A DNA stretch of 64,000 nucleotides, taken from Lingula anatina (taxonomy: Eukaryota; Animalia; Brachiopoda). The stretch is taken from the NCBI GenBank assembly GCA_051362555.1, contig CM120646.1:2170001-2234000 (forward strand), read 5' to 3'. This document shows, in pieces, positions 51,279-64,000 of this stretch; the first letter of the stretch is position 1, and the number at the start of each line of letters is the position of its first letter. Below the pieces are notes generated by a model. It saw nothing but the letters and a program-made list of their open reading frames with translations, searched no databases and had not been told where the DNA came from. A program made the translations under genes and the position numbers.

Positions 51279-54038
51279 GAGACACCTCCGTTAAAGATAA
51301 AAATACTTTACTTCAAGTGATGGCTCGTCTGGTCTTATATACCCAGTGTCATGTTATTATTAAAATGCTGTCTTGACTTACACAGTGGATAACTATTCCA
51401 TGAAACCACGTGATAAACAAACTCCAGTCCCTCCGATTGGTACAGGTAAACCCCGTTCTAAATTTTGACCCAATTACGTCTTGCCAACCCTAACCTTTTA
51501 GAATTTAATGGAGGGCGGGTTCTCTGTTACACGGACTCCAAGTTTCTTAACAAAGATGTGAGCGCGGACCTGGGAAATCACCGCCATCCCATATTGCTAG
51601 TATGTGAAAACTAGAATCTGAATGATATTCCCACGACCGACAATATACTGGTTGCTGTTGGTTACGTAAGTGCCCTCTGACGTCACTGACAGTTCACGTG
51701 GGGCAAATGGTCGTCATGCTGGTCGTGGGCGTGTCGTCATTAATGCGTTTAAACAAAGAAAAAAATGTGTTTAAATAGAAAAATAATAGGAAAACGGATC
51801 ACACCCTCCCCCCCCCCCCTCCCACAACCATCTGAAAAAGTAGACTATGATTGTCATATCCATTATTTGATGTCTTTATCATTTTGCTGAATAATGATAC
51901 TAGTAGGCTAAACAGTAGGCCTAATATATACTCGGGTAGGTTAGGGCATAAAAGTGGGAAAGTTTTAGCTGTCACCGTCAAAATCTAGGTAACGCGTTTG
52001 TAGAGAAGAAACAAAAAAATAACATATATGTATTGAACGGCCGACAGAAGTTAGACACCCCCTACCCACCGTTATAGCGCTACAGCATCCGTTTTATCGC
52101 CATTTTACATGTTCCCAATGTTTCAGCCCTTGAGAAGTGAGGCACATTTGCGAGCGCTCGTGCTCAACGCATCGTCTTTATTGGCCAAAAAGCGTAATAC
52201 TACGCTAAATTGCACGCAGGGAAGCAGCGAATGGAAACCACATACGGGGTAATTTACTTGAAAGGTTTAGATGTCGCGTGCCGAACAAATACAAAGAGGG
52301 AGGAAAATAATGAACATTATAATTCTTAGATTTCTGAGCTACTTTCTTTTTTTATAAGTGCTCAAAAGTCCTTTGTTGAATAAAAAAAATTTGCATTAGC
52401 ATTACTCAATATTTATTATATTATGTATTAGCAGGATTCTGCAGAGGCAAATATAATCACTCTGGTGTTAATTTATTGAAATGCATTTCACGTGATTACT
52501 GTGGGAAAACCTTTTTTGTTGCAATGTTGTTTATGAGAACTGGAAACAAAACGAAAACAAACGTGTATCTGCATTTTGTCATATTTTAGATGATACGTTC
52601 ATAGGTCTTCATTCCTGAGTTGATTTTATTCAGCAATAATAGCGTGAATTACGTCAACAAAAGGGAATACATGAAATGTAATTTTTTTGCCGAGTCAAAG
52701 CTTTTAGAAGTGTTTTTAGTTAGCATTAAGCACCCCCCCCCCTTCCCCGTACTTCCCCACAACACGTCAATGATAATAATAACTATTCTAATGCTGGTAC
52801 TGACTGATAAAATTATAAGACAGAAACTTATAGTAGTAGTTGAAAAGTGTAGCACATCGTAAGGAATATCACCCCCCCCCCCAAAAAAAAAAAAAAAAAA
52901 AATGATCTAAAATTAAGAAAAGGTGCTGACCACAAGAATATTTTTAGAGATAGGATATTTAGATAATTTTTCCATTCTATTCTACATTTGTTATTGGACA
53001 CAAAACAGGCAAGTAAAATTTCAAAATACGCCATTAAATTCCCTACGTAATTACGTAATTTATACGTTAGCAGATGGTCCGATATACATACAACGACAAA
53101 TGACGACACAAAATGACGACAAATAAGACAAGAAGGTGCAATCGAGTTTTTTTCATCGCTAAGATTTTTGTAAAAAAAATGGACTGTTTACTACATGTCG
53201 ATCATCAGATGATTTATTGAGTAGCTTGATTGTACCTCCATCTCAAAGGATTGCCAGTTATTTGTTGAAGCATTGAAGTTTCAATACGTACATCAGGGAA
53301 CTGCTGATTTATTCAAGAACTCGACACGAGTTCGTGAATGAACCCCCACACAAAGAGACTCTGTATTGTCCATACAAAGACGCACAAATTGCTCGCGAGA
53401 TCTGCGGGCATTGCTAATAATCTTCTTCTCCATTGAATTCGAGGCTGTCACTGTTGCCAATGTTTTTCGTGCATAAGGGCCCTTGGGTAGGTGCTCTTCA
53501 AGATTTGAAACAAAACTCGAATGCGGGAGTAATGAAGGATTCGCCCTATTCGCCCGCTTTGTGTTTATATAACAGGTGGTTTTCGTGATAAAACAAAATG
53601 TAACGGACCAGATTATGTTTTGTTCTTTCGTGAACAAATCAAATAAGCTTTTTTAAATGTTAATATTTTGCAATGTTGTGCAGTTCTAAGAGAGATAGAT
53701 TACATCATTTAAAGTTAACACATTTCCTTCTGAACTTGTAAAAACCACGACACGCAAACAAGATAATTAACGTTGCAAGAAGCGTCAGTCACAACAACGT
53801 AACCCAAAATAAAGTGCGAGTTTGGAAGACACCCCAAAAAGGCACATTTTTTGGACTCTGAAACTGGGTCCTGGTAAGTTTTTATATCTTACTAATTTGT
53901 TTAGACACCTCCGTACCCCTTCAAAATTTAATTCTACAACATTGTACATGGGTAAGAATTCCGGTCTATTAATTTTTTTCCGGTGAAACATAATTACATC
54001 GTTTCTAGTGTAGTGATGGTAAAAAGCAAATCATAGGT

Positions 54039-54487
54039 AACGGGAAAATCACGAAGAGAACACAGTCCTCCCTCAATGGATATCAGTCTTCATTATCATT
54101 AATTGTTTATAAATTAAGTAATTAATAAGTGACATCTTCATTAATATTCATCATAGGTTAATTGAATAATTAACTAACGAATGAATCAATTTACTCATCA
54201 CCAGCAACAATCCAGCCAATTTCTGACATATCCTGAAATTTTCATTTAAATCCCTGAGTGACATTTTGCATAATGTTGTTTACAGACAAGCGGATTTAAT
54301 TAATTAATTAATCAATGGATCATCACCAAAATCTTTTTTTTTTTTTTTTTTTTTTGTTTAACTCGGTCCACTCCCCACAGTTACTGAAAATGTCATCAAA
54401 ATCCGTCCACAACAGTTTCCATAATGTTGCTAAAAGGAAAACAGATAAAAAGAACCAAGCACATAACCCCCTCGGCGGAGGAAGGTA
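54039..54487 (+). mobile_element. Possible Helentron-associated non-autonomous (HINE/DINE-like) element, degraded
   Basis: Two internal ctgaaa...tcat..aaatcc.t repeats, acagaca core and 3' ataaccccctcggcggagg stem-loop end, recalled as typical of this class. Confidence 0.4.
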
Positions 54488-56647
54488 AAAAGAGAGAGAG
54501 AGAAAAAAAACTGTTTACCATTTTCTAATTGTTTGTGAGATCTTTGTCAGTTTGGGTAATAATTACCTATAGTTAGCAGTTGCACTTTTTGACAGGTAAA
54601 ATATAATTTCCTGCCCATTTTTCTTTGAGAGATTTTAACCGTGTTGTCTCTGATCGCTCACGACTCTTGGTTTATCAAGGGGCTATCAGGTTTTTCCTCT
54701 CGCGTCAAAAAATTATATCCCCAGCCTCTTGGTATTTGTTTTTTTAAAATCATATTTCTTGATACCTTATATAAGGAGCTGAAGTATAACCTCAGAAAGG
54801 TCAGCTGTGGAAGACTTATGCTTGTTGTGCTCGCTTAGTTCGTGTGTACTTTTATGGGGTTCGAGGATTGACAGAGGTTTTGACATTATCCCAGGAACCC
54901 CCCTTTCAGGTGACAGTCAGGGGTACATGTCAACATTTCCGTAGTAGACGTGTGAAAATTCAAAGAATTAAATCAATCTCATTGGTGCAAATCACGCACA
55001 AGGGTGTCGTTGTCATACAAGACCTCTAGCCCCAGACCAACATGAACAACATCATATGGACCAAAAAGTTTTCCCAACTTTACCCACGTACTTTGATTTT
55101 ACCCACGTACTTAAATTTTCGAGGGCGTGTCAGACAATTAAGCTGATTACACTGACTGCGCCTTAGAGAAAATCCCCGCTGGGATAGATCGATCCTGCTA
55201 GTACGATTATTCTATTCTGAACACAGCCTTAGAAAAAGACAGGCCTTTACTGGTGACACTACTCTGTGAAAAAAGACAAATATCCCAATACACACAATCT
55301 AACACAGTAAAGCAATCAAGCTACAGCTCAAAACCAACTATACTCGAGTTGGTGGTAAATAATTTAGTCACAGTTGCCGCTAATAACAACGGCCATGTTA
55401 ATTCTGCGACTTCACCGACGCTACCAGCACCAAACGCGTCGTGATAAAGATACCTCGTTAAATATATATAGCGTTGCCATTATGAACGCCGCTCCGTCTT
55501 TACGGCCATTATACTCGTTGAAATGTTCCGTGTAAATTCTGTGAAAAATTGTGAGAAATATTGGACGGAGAAGCGCCGTTTATTATTCCAAAAATTGGTG
55601 CTCTGCAATGTGGTTCCTGGCTTTAACCCGTCTCCCGTAGTTTGGCGTAACTGCGTCAACCGGAGATCGTACTCAAAGTGATATTCTAATGACTATTTTT
55701 CCTGGAATTCACTTAGCTGTTAATAATGTCGATTAGAATTTTCATAGTCCCGTCGTGAGAAACTTAACATAGACTTGCGAGAGGCGGGGTAAGGGTGGAG
55801 GTCTTTGTACCGTAGTTAAAAGTCTAAGCAATATTCAAAACCACCAATTGCATGATACGCTATACAGAAATAAGCATAGCAAAAAGCGCTGGATGTCGGA
55901 CGGGAAGGTTCTTGCACCAAAAAGCTCAACTCAGCGATTTGAAATATGGAAATAATAAAAAATAATAAATCTTAAACCCACCCTGCGGATTTAGAGTTCG
56001 AAGCAGTGACCCTCTGGCGGAACTAATACAAAAATAAATATTCACCGAGCTTGGTGTTCAAAAGTGAAACAAAGGCAAATTTCAAAGTAGCACGCACATT
56101 TTCATCGTGAAAAACTTTTAATTGACATTACAAGTATTGGCTTCTGGTATCATAGCGCCATACTAACAAAGAATCCATAAATACCATGTAAAGGGCGTTA
56201 CTTTCCTTACACAATGTCGGTTATTTGACTATCAACACAAAGATGTATTTGTAGGTAAATTTGTTTCAGTGATATATCATTTTAACAGTTCATAGAGTCC
56301 GATCATCTTTTGACCGTGTGCGTGAAGTATGGTTGTTGCACCCTCAGAATCCGAGGTATTTCTGTGGTGGCAAACGTTCACTGATATAGAGGGGCTTGTT
56401 TGTAACACACGTGTATTCAGGGTACTTCTTGGCCAGTAAAGTCCTTTCACATAGTAATTCCTTTTCTTCAGAAAACAAACCAAGTTGTCTTCAAAATACT
56501 CTTCGAGTTCATTTCATAGGATCGTGGTGTTCGCCTTTCATGAGATACATTCAAATGTTCATTTACAATAGTATTGGTCCATGCTTTTGTCTTTATAGAT
56601 ACTATCTCCTGAAAACAATCTATGAACTGCTAGGCTGCCTTCATTTA

Positions 56648-56725
56648 TTACGGGAATCCGTCAAAATCTTCGTCGGCAATTTCTTTGGCGCTCTCCAGTT
56701 CCTGTTGTTCTCTCTCACGGCGTTC
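56648..56725 (-). CDS. PSMD3: PSMD3 (26S proteasome lid subunit Rpn3) last coding exon
   Basis: taaag| acceptor; ERREREQQELESAKEIADEDFDGFP* matches the PSMD3 C-terminus. Confidence 0.93.
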   Translation of the reverse strand, partial: ERREREQQELESAKEIADEDFDGFP

Positions 56726-58856
56726 CTTTAATGATAAAATAAAAACCATTTTAATGCTTTAATTTAACAACTTAAGTTGTAAATTAAATTTTTATAATGG
56801 TTTTAAGTAAAATTAAAAATAAATTTATCGTATATAAGATACATCTTATCAATATGAATGTGCAATGTGTGTGGGATGGGAGTTTATTCTACTGGCCAAA
56901 TTCCACTAATAGGTTTAGGAGAACAAGTCATATTGGATGTCAAAAATAAATTGTATTATGAACTGATATATTCTATTCACACTATAATAGTATTAATATT
57001 TAAGTCTAATTATAGTTTTGAACACCACTAACAGCCGCATCCTTTAAAAGTAGTCTCTCTCTCCCTCTCTCTCTCACACACACAGACACACACACACACA
57101 CAGACACACACACACAGAAAGACACAAACATGCATAATAAATAATATTTAATTTATACATTCTATTTGAAATGCCACTGAATAAAGACATTCACAGTTTT
57201 TTATCAATGCATTTTACTAAATGGTGGTTCTATTCCCCTACTACTGTAAACCTTAAAACCACTCAAGTTTCAATTTTATTGAACTTGAAGTTAAATTCCC
57301 AACGCAACTGCACAAATCCCTTAAAACCCAGTTATACTTCATAACCATGTTCCCTATTACAGGTGCAAAACTTAAACAGCCTCCAACCCTGCCAGTGGTG
57401 AATATGACAGCCTTGCTCTACCAGACGGCCGCCACTGGTACTGGGTACAACTTCCTGTCCCCAAGACATCTTCCTAGCATGATCATTTAGGATACAAACA
57501 CCAGTGATTAAATTCCGCATATTAAATCAACTCAGTGACGGGATCGGGGCAAGCGGGCAATGGAGCGTATAATGGTTTTGATGTTTTTACACCCCCTTTT
57601 GATACTACAGGCACATTTGGAGAAACTACCCTTAAGTTTTAATGTTCACCCAGTATATGGTCTATGTAGGGGTTGACAGTGACTGATGAGACGGAATATC
57701 AAATATAGCCAGCGGATAAGATTTTAAAATGCTTAATCAAACGATTTTATTTTACACGTATGCAGGGATGAGACTGTCATTTAGTGAAAAAGTTGGAAAA
57801 TATAGCATGGAATGCAGGGGGCCGCCAAGGCTGATGAGATTTTTGGCTCCCTGTCATTAATCAGAAAAATCTCATCTGTGTATATGAGAAAAAGTTATCC
57901 CTTTTTCCAGTCATCATCATCAAAAATATATATATATCTGACATATGCAGGTCTGCTTGTAGTTTAAATGGGTAAATGTAGTGATCTGCAGAAACTAGAG
58001 TTCGGGGAAAAATACTAATGCATAGTGCATCTGCCAAAAGAAAAGAAAAAAATATTTCATCTCCAGGTCTTCCTTCTCTAAAAAAATGACTTACTCATGT
58101 TCAGTTCAACATCGACATGTTCCCGAGGCATCATAACCGTTTAACCCTTCCAACTTAGAACAAAACACTGGCATGACAGTGAACCTTATCTCCAAGTTGT
58201 GATACAGCCCCTGGTGCTTACATGGCCAACTCGCCCTCAGGTCTGTTCAGAGAAGGTGTACATGGAGAGGTCGCCCCCCAAGTCAGGGAAGACAGTGCAG
58301 CCACATTCTCACATAATTAATAAGGGTGAATATAGCTTCAAGAAGGACCACGGAACTGACCTGAGGGTCACGCTTTGTGTCTTTTATCTCCCAAAAAAAT
58401 TCATTTTCTATGGTAAGAAAGTGATGCCGTTAAATATGAAAATATATCATCACACTTATATCACCTATTTCTTTAATTCTTATCTCCAGAATTTCTACAG
58501 ACGAGGAGTTAAGGCCAAGACTGGGTTTTAGTTACATATCTTCAAATAAGCAGGATCATCCAGCTTTATAATGGGGATCATCCAAGAGGCTGTTTGCACT
58601 GTGTGATATCATACAAAACTAGAAAATATGCAAAGGTGAAACTTGCGTGTTCAGTGAAAGTAATTACAAAAGGCACAGGTAAAACAAGCTATCTATCTGT
58701 ATATAACAATATACTAACATGAAACAAACAACATACCAAGCAGAAAAAAAAAATTTTTTTTTTCAACCAGAGTGCCAAAATGTCAAAAATTTAAATTCCA
58801 AAATAAAAGTTGTCAAATACAAAAACAAAGAATGATATGGAACTGACCCCCCTCCA

Positions 58857-58860
<4 letters not shown>

Positions 58861-58901
<41 letters not shown>

Positions 58902-58903
58902 AT
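58861..58903 (+). repeat. (AAAT)n microsatellite
   Basis: Direct inspection. Confidence 0.9.
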
Positions 58904-60725
58904 CAAGACTTTAAACATGATTGGTGTATATACGCTCTTATCATAGTTCTATATTAGTTTTTATTTGTTATTTTTTCAAATTTATTCTCAAATATAATTT
59001 TCTTAACTGCAGTTGTGCCATGGCCACTTATGTCAGTGACATGGACACAATAAAAGTTAATTACAGAGGAGTAGGTGCCTGGCCAGACAGGCAGGTAGTT
59101 AAGGAGGGTTATGCATAGTATAGTACCTTAGCAGAAGACACTCTGTCTGTCCATTTTTTTAACACTTTACAAATCTCCCATCCCCACACAACACCTGCAC
59201 TACAGGTTGAACTTTCGATTATAAAATTTTAGCATTTTTCTTCCCCTCTGTTTCTCCCTGCCTCGGGCAGGTGACAGTTCACACCAGCTCAGCGTTTAAC
59301 CTTTCGCCCCCTCTCCTCTGATAAAAACCTTCCCCGTTTCCTTCTGGGTTAAAGCATGGTGCAGTGGAGTGACACGACTCTCTGTGGCTGGGGGGCACAG
59401 CTGCAGCACTAGGGGGGAAGGCTGGATGCCACATAGGCATTTAGCTAGTGAGGCTCTTCTGGGGACTGGTTCACAAGAAATTCTTAGAATCTTAAGCTAA
59501 GACTGCTCAGATCAGTTAGCTGACTATCTAAGCCAACTTTACAATATTAGCCATAGGGCTCTTGATTGGTTTAAGGGTAAACAAAAGAAGAAAAAACTCA
59601 TGATTTTCTTAGGGTAAATGGTATTTTCCCCCCATTTTAACCCAACCCTTGATCCACCATTCTGGGTACTTTTAAGAGTCCTTAAGTTAACATGTGTTTT
59701 AGTGATTATTTTTTTCAAATTCTGTCATCCCTTTGAGCTGACATTCAATGTATTTGACACACCTAAACGAGCTGCTGTCCCACTGAGGGTAAAAAAACCT
59801 TCAACATTATTGCTATTTGCTGTGATATGCTTAAGTGATTTTGTAAAAAAAAAAAAAAAAAGAAAAAAAAAAAAAAAAAAAACTAAAAAAAGTCCTTTCA
59901 AATACTTTGAGAAATGCACTTTAGTCAGCGTTATAGCAGAAGGCTATAAGTCTAAAAACCAAAAACTGAGTTTCGACTTTTTTGTGATTTTGTCTCCAGA
60001 AAAAAAAAAAAAAGAACTGGACCAAGGGTAATTTTAACAGGAATTGTATACAGTGTCATCATGGTAAAATCCATTCTGTTTGTGTTTCTGTGCAAAGCAA
60101 GTCTCTGTGGAGAAAAATATATTGCTAACAGTAGTCTCTAGCATACTGTCATGACATGATAGGAAACTGTAAATTTAAAATTCCACCTGGCGATTCCTTA
60201 TTGATATAAGTAACTTTCAAATGCATGACAAAAGACCATGCCAAGAAAAATATCTTACTATGTCTCTGACTGCTGAAAACAGCTCATGATAATAATGCAA
60301 GTCATCAGCTCTTATTTTCAATTTTTTTCATGGACTTCTCTCCTGAAGAATTGTGTATATTTCTCCCTATTCAGGCCTCTTCCCTGCCCCAAAGCTTTGT
60401 GAGTTTAGTCACCCATAAAAATGCTACAACACAGCAGAGAGGGGTTGCCTTCAGCAATGCTTTCATGTTTTCCCTGGCTTTTTACAGTGCTCTCATAAAG
60501 ACTGTTCACAAGAAGAAATCTTTAGACTGGAATTCAAACTTGTAACCAAATCTTTGCATCCAATTTCCAGTCCAGTATGGTCTCTGTGTAAACAGACAGT
60601 TATGTTCACAGTGCACAACATTTCTGAAATTTGCATTAGTTTGTTCTGTATAAAAACTGACATGGTGATTTCAACATAAAAATGGCTGATTTATGACAGA
60701 TAAAAAGGAGGGGGAACTTGACTAT

Positions 60726-60730
<5 letters not shown>

Positions 60731-60768
<38 letters not shown>
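60731..60768 (+). repeat. (GA)n microsatellite
   Basis: Direct inspection. Confidence 0.95.
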
Positions 60769-60773
<5 letters not shown>

Positions 60774-63464
60774 AGAATAAAATCTTTGTTTTAAGGAGTA
60801 TTTCTTTGTGGTGTGTAAGATAAGACTTGGAGTGGAACCTGCACCTTGTACACAGTGTCCCTGACTGAGCCCATGAGACCAAGGTGACAATTCTAGTAGA
60901 CCGAATAACACAAAATAAGGATAATGAATGTGGCCAAATACTTCAAGGTTCAAGACTGTAGGCATTCACTGCAAAGATGCCACACCATTTCCCCCACTTG
61001 TTTTAACCTACTTTTTTTTTCTCAAAGAAATCTATAATACACATTCTAAAACTGGACAGAGACAGGAATTAATAATGCAAAATTCAGTATGTTTCTTTTA
61101 AATAATTCAAATCACGAACCCATATGACATCAGGTCGTGTATTGTGACAATTTGCAAAAAAGATAATGGATGACTTGGGGTATTCTATCTCCTAATAAAA
61201 AAGACCTGTCCTTTATTCTATGTTACAGAACAGACAACAATCTCAGTAACCAGCAGATTGAGTTTGCACAGGTGATGACATAATCAATTATTCAATGGGT
61301 TTCAATAAAGATTAAGTTACTACCATTATATGAACAAGCGAGGATAAAAGAAAAAGCATCTCTGGGTTTTATGTACACACAGCCCATATGTATGACAGAT
61401 CTCATAGTGGAGGTGCTCTATATACACACACACAGTGACAGGGTGAACTTGACACACAGCACTACACTGAAGGTTATAATGATTAAGATCATTAAGACAG
61501 AGCCAAGTCTGGGGGAAAGCAGTGTGTTCGTGTGTGTGCAGTGTGTGCGTGTGTGTGTGAAGGTGGGGAGAGGGTTTTGCCGGGATGAAAGACCCAACTT
61601 GTGTAAATTTATTCTCCTCATATTAAAAAAGTAGATTCAATTCTGCTGACAAAAAGAGCAAAATAGGGGTTTCAATAAAAAAAAAAATCACTCACTTTTA
61701 AATGCCATATAGCACTTACCAATACCGAAAACAGCTGCAGTATATAAATAGGGAAATTAGAAGTTTTATGTGTAGATTTCAAACCTGACCACTGGTTCAG
61801 ATCTTTAATCTTCTATTTTCAAGGTGAGCCTTGAAAAAAGAGTAAGAAATCTTGTTTCTGCTGATTTTTACTACTTTTACATTTATTATCAAGCACTGGG
61901 AAGGGTGTGGTTAACTGGTGCATTTCACAAGTGCTAAAGCCATTACATTCCCACACCATAAACATCCTAACTTTGTTACTGTGCATCCTTTGAAGAAACC
62001 TAAAGGCAAGTAATATCTTAAAACTGACCATATCATTTGAAGTGTAGTAATCATTATAAGACAGATTATGCCTCTGTGGTAGCAAAACATTTAGGCATTA
62101 AAAAATCAATTTAAAAAAAAATGATGTTGTGAGCTATTTGAAATGCTGGGAGATGCCATATTGTCCATGACCTTGACCTTAGCCATATCTAGATAGCACA
62201 GCTACCTGGTTTCCAAGAACGGCCTCCACTTGACAATTATCACTTTAAAATCAGTCGAGGTAAAAACATTGTAAGTAGAACAAAATGCTTTGTGCAGTGC
62301 ACGGATACAGCTGTTCCCTCTATGTAATCACTTCTCTTCCCTAACTCTGTTCCCATCATCAAATAGCACAGAATCTACACGTAAGACAAACCACCAGTAT
62401 ACACAGCGCTGACTCAGCCCAACTAATCAGAGGCCCTTCATTATGTATAAGTCACCTGACTGTCACAGCCATACATCGTCACCCTCACGTCTACCTCGCA
62501 CAGGGCCCTGAACATGGATGGGGACAGATCACCGGATCCAGCGCTCCATGTGGCAACAGTTGTGTGTGAATATTTGATGGGGTGTACAGTGCACAGGTTT
62601 TCCCACTGTCACGACAAGGCGGGTTGAATCATGTATGATGTAGATCGTTGCCAAATTCACATGGAGGCGAAGGTGAGTAAGAGCTGAATAATTCACTGTT
62701 GGGTGCTTAACAACCTCCGAGCAAGTTCTAATACACTATAGGGGTGGTACTTTGCTTTGGGTGGTCCAAAGAAGGAAAAAAAATCTCAAATCAGTGATAT
62801 AAAATTTCATATCTTATTTTTTCCCATTGTGAAAGCTGCAAAACTGCACCTCCATCCAATAACTTTTTTTGGGGTACAAAAAAGTTTCTTAATCAACTAA
62901 TCACATCTTTAAATGTGACTTGAAGTCTCAAGCCTTCACCAAAGGACATTGATCACATGACAGTCTACGCCATGTCGAACTTTGATTTTGATTTTTTTCT
63001 TCCTTTTCCTCTGATTTTTGCTGACTCATTGTAACATAAAATCAGTTGCTGAAGACAGAAGCTAAAACCATACATGGCTCAACAGGGGTAACATTAAATC
63101 AGAAATAAAAAATTGAAATTGCTGCCTTCCAGTATGGATCCATACCAAGACAGAAAAAGGCCTATTCCTAGTCTCCTTGATTTTATTTCATTTCTCCACT
63201 TCACTGTCCTTGCATGTGAAATATACAAAACATCCTTATCTCATACAACAATGATCATGCAGATCTTTCTGCACCATTTAGTGAACCTTATATCTATAGT
63301 GGAATTCATCAACATTAGAACCAAGAATAAACCAGTGCCTTAACCAGTACAAGTCAGTCAATAAAATAAATATATCTACTACATGGTAATCTCTCTCTCT
63401 CTCTCTCACCCACCTCAAACTTGCATCATATAAAAATTGTGAGAAAAATAGATTTCCATCTTAC

Positions 63465-63515
63465 CTCTGCAGATTCAAGGTCCTTGTTATAAGACTTTGG
63501 TGGAAAGCGCATGGC
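63465..63515 (-). CDS. PSMD3: PSMD3 penultimate coding exon
   Basis: ttatttcaag| acceptor, GAG|gtaaga donor; AMRFPPKSYNKDLESAE matches the recalled vertebrate PSMD3 sequence. Confidence 0.95.
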
Positions 63516-64000
63516 CTTGAAATAAGAAATACAACAGAAAGCAATGGTGAGAAAATCTGTCTCAACTAACACAATGACAAAGTCGGACACAACTCAATTC
63601 TATGCCCAGCACATTGTACATGTCAAAACCAGGAAAACACCTGGTAATCAGCTGGGAAAAAAGCAATCTATCCTATATCATTACAACGCTTAAAGACAAA
63701 TTTTAATAAATCATTCCCGAGTTAGGAATTTGGATAACAAATGATGGAAATATATAACACAATCTTTTGATATATAATACAATGTTTAGTCATCTTTCCT
63801 TGTTCTTTGATTGCAATGACATTTAATCCCCAAGTCTGGCTGAATAAGTTTATCATTCAACAAAATTATTATTAATTGGAAATCTAACTTCATGTTAGGT
63901 GTTTGAAAAAATTCTTTTAATTTATTTTCAAGACAGACTTTCTCAACTCAAGATGTTTTTTTACCTTGACAGAATTATTGTGTATGTCTAAACAGAAGGC

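Noticed and set aside
57890-58090. Alternative PSMD3 last exon (DDDD / EDLE-like fragments)
   Set aside because: The fragments are not in one frame and do not align with the Rpn3 C-terminus.

Overview
Animal genomic DNA (AT-rich, spliceosomal GT-AG introns; probably an invertebrate, species not determinable). Three intron-containing genes can be assembled by hand. (1) On +, the last 7 coding exons (271-4708) of a divergent dynein-heavy-chain-like gene with an unusual ~290-aa repetitive tail. (2) On -, a complete NAB (NGFI-A/EGR-binding corepressor) gene with 10 core coding exons between 41664 and 7499 (about 615 aa), plus candidate cassette exons and upstream exons. (3) On -, the last two coding exons of PSMD3/Rpn3 (63465-63515, 56648-56725). 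The most interesting element lies inside NAB intron 4. It is a same-strand 942-nt exon (18701-19642) encoding a Pipsqueak-type HTH, two tandem CENP-B/Tc5-type HTH domains and an acidic tail, with no DDE catalytic domain. Its reading frame opens exactly at a phase-0 splice acceptor in frame with NAB exons 3 and 4. This predicts an alternative-last-exon isoform that fuses NAB NCD1 to a transposase-type DNA-binding module. The window also holds a 61-bp minisatellite that multiplies an exon/splice-donor junction, a 1.9-kb TIR transposon relic with a 4-bp TSD, several palindromic MITE families (some nested), CTCF-like motifs and microsatellites. All exon joins are inferred from splice signals and frame, not from transcript data.
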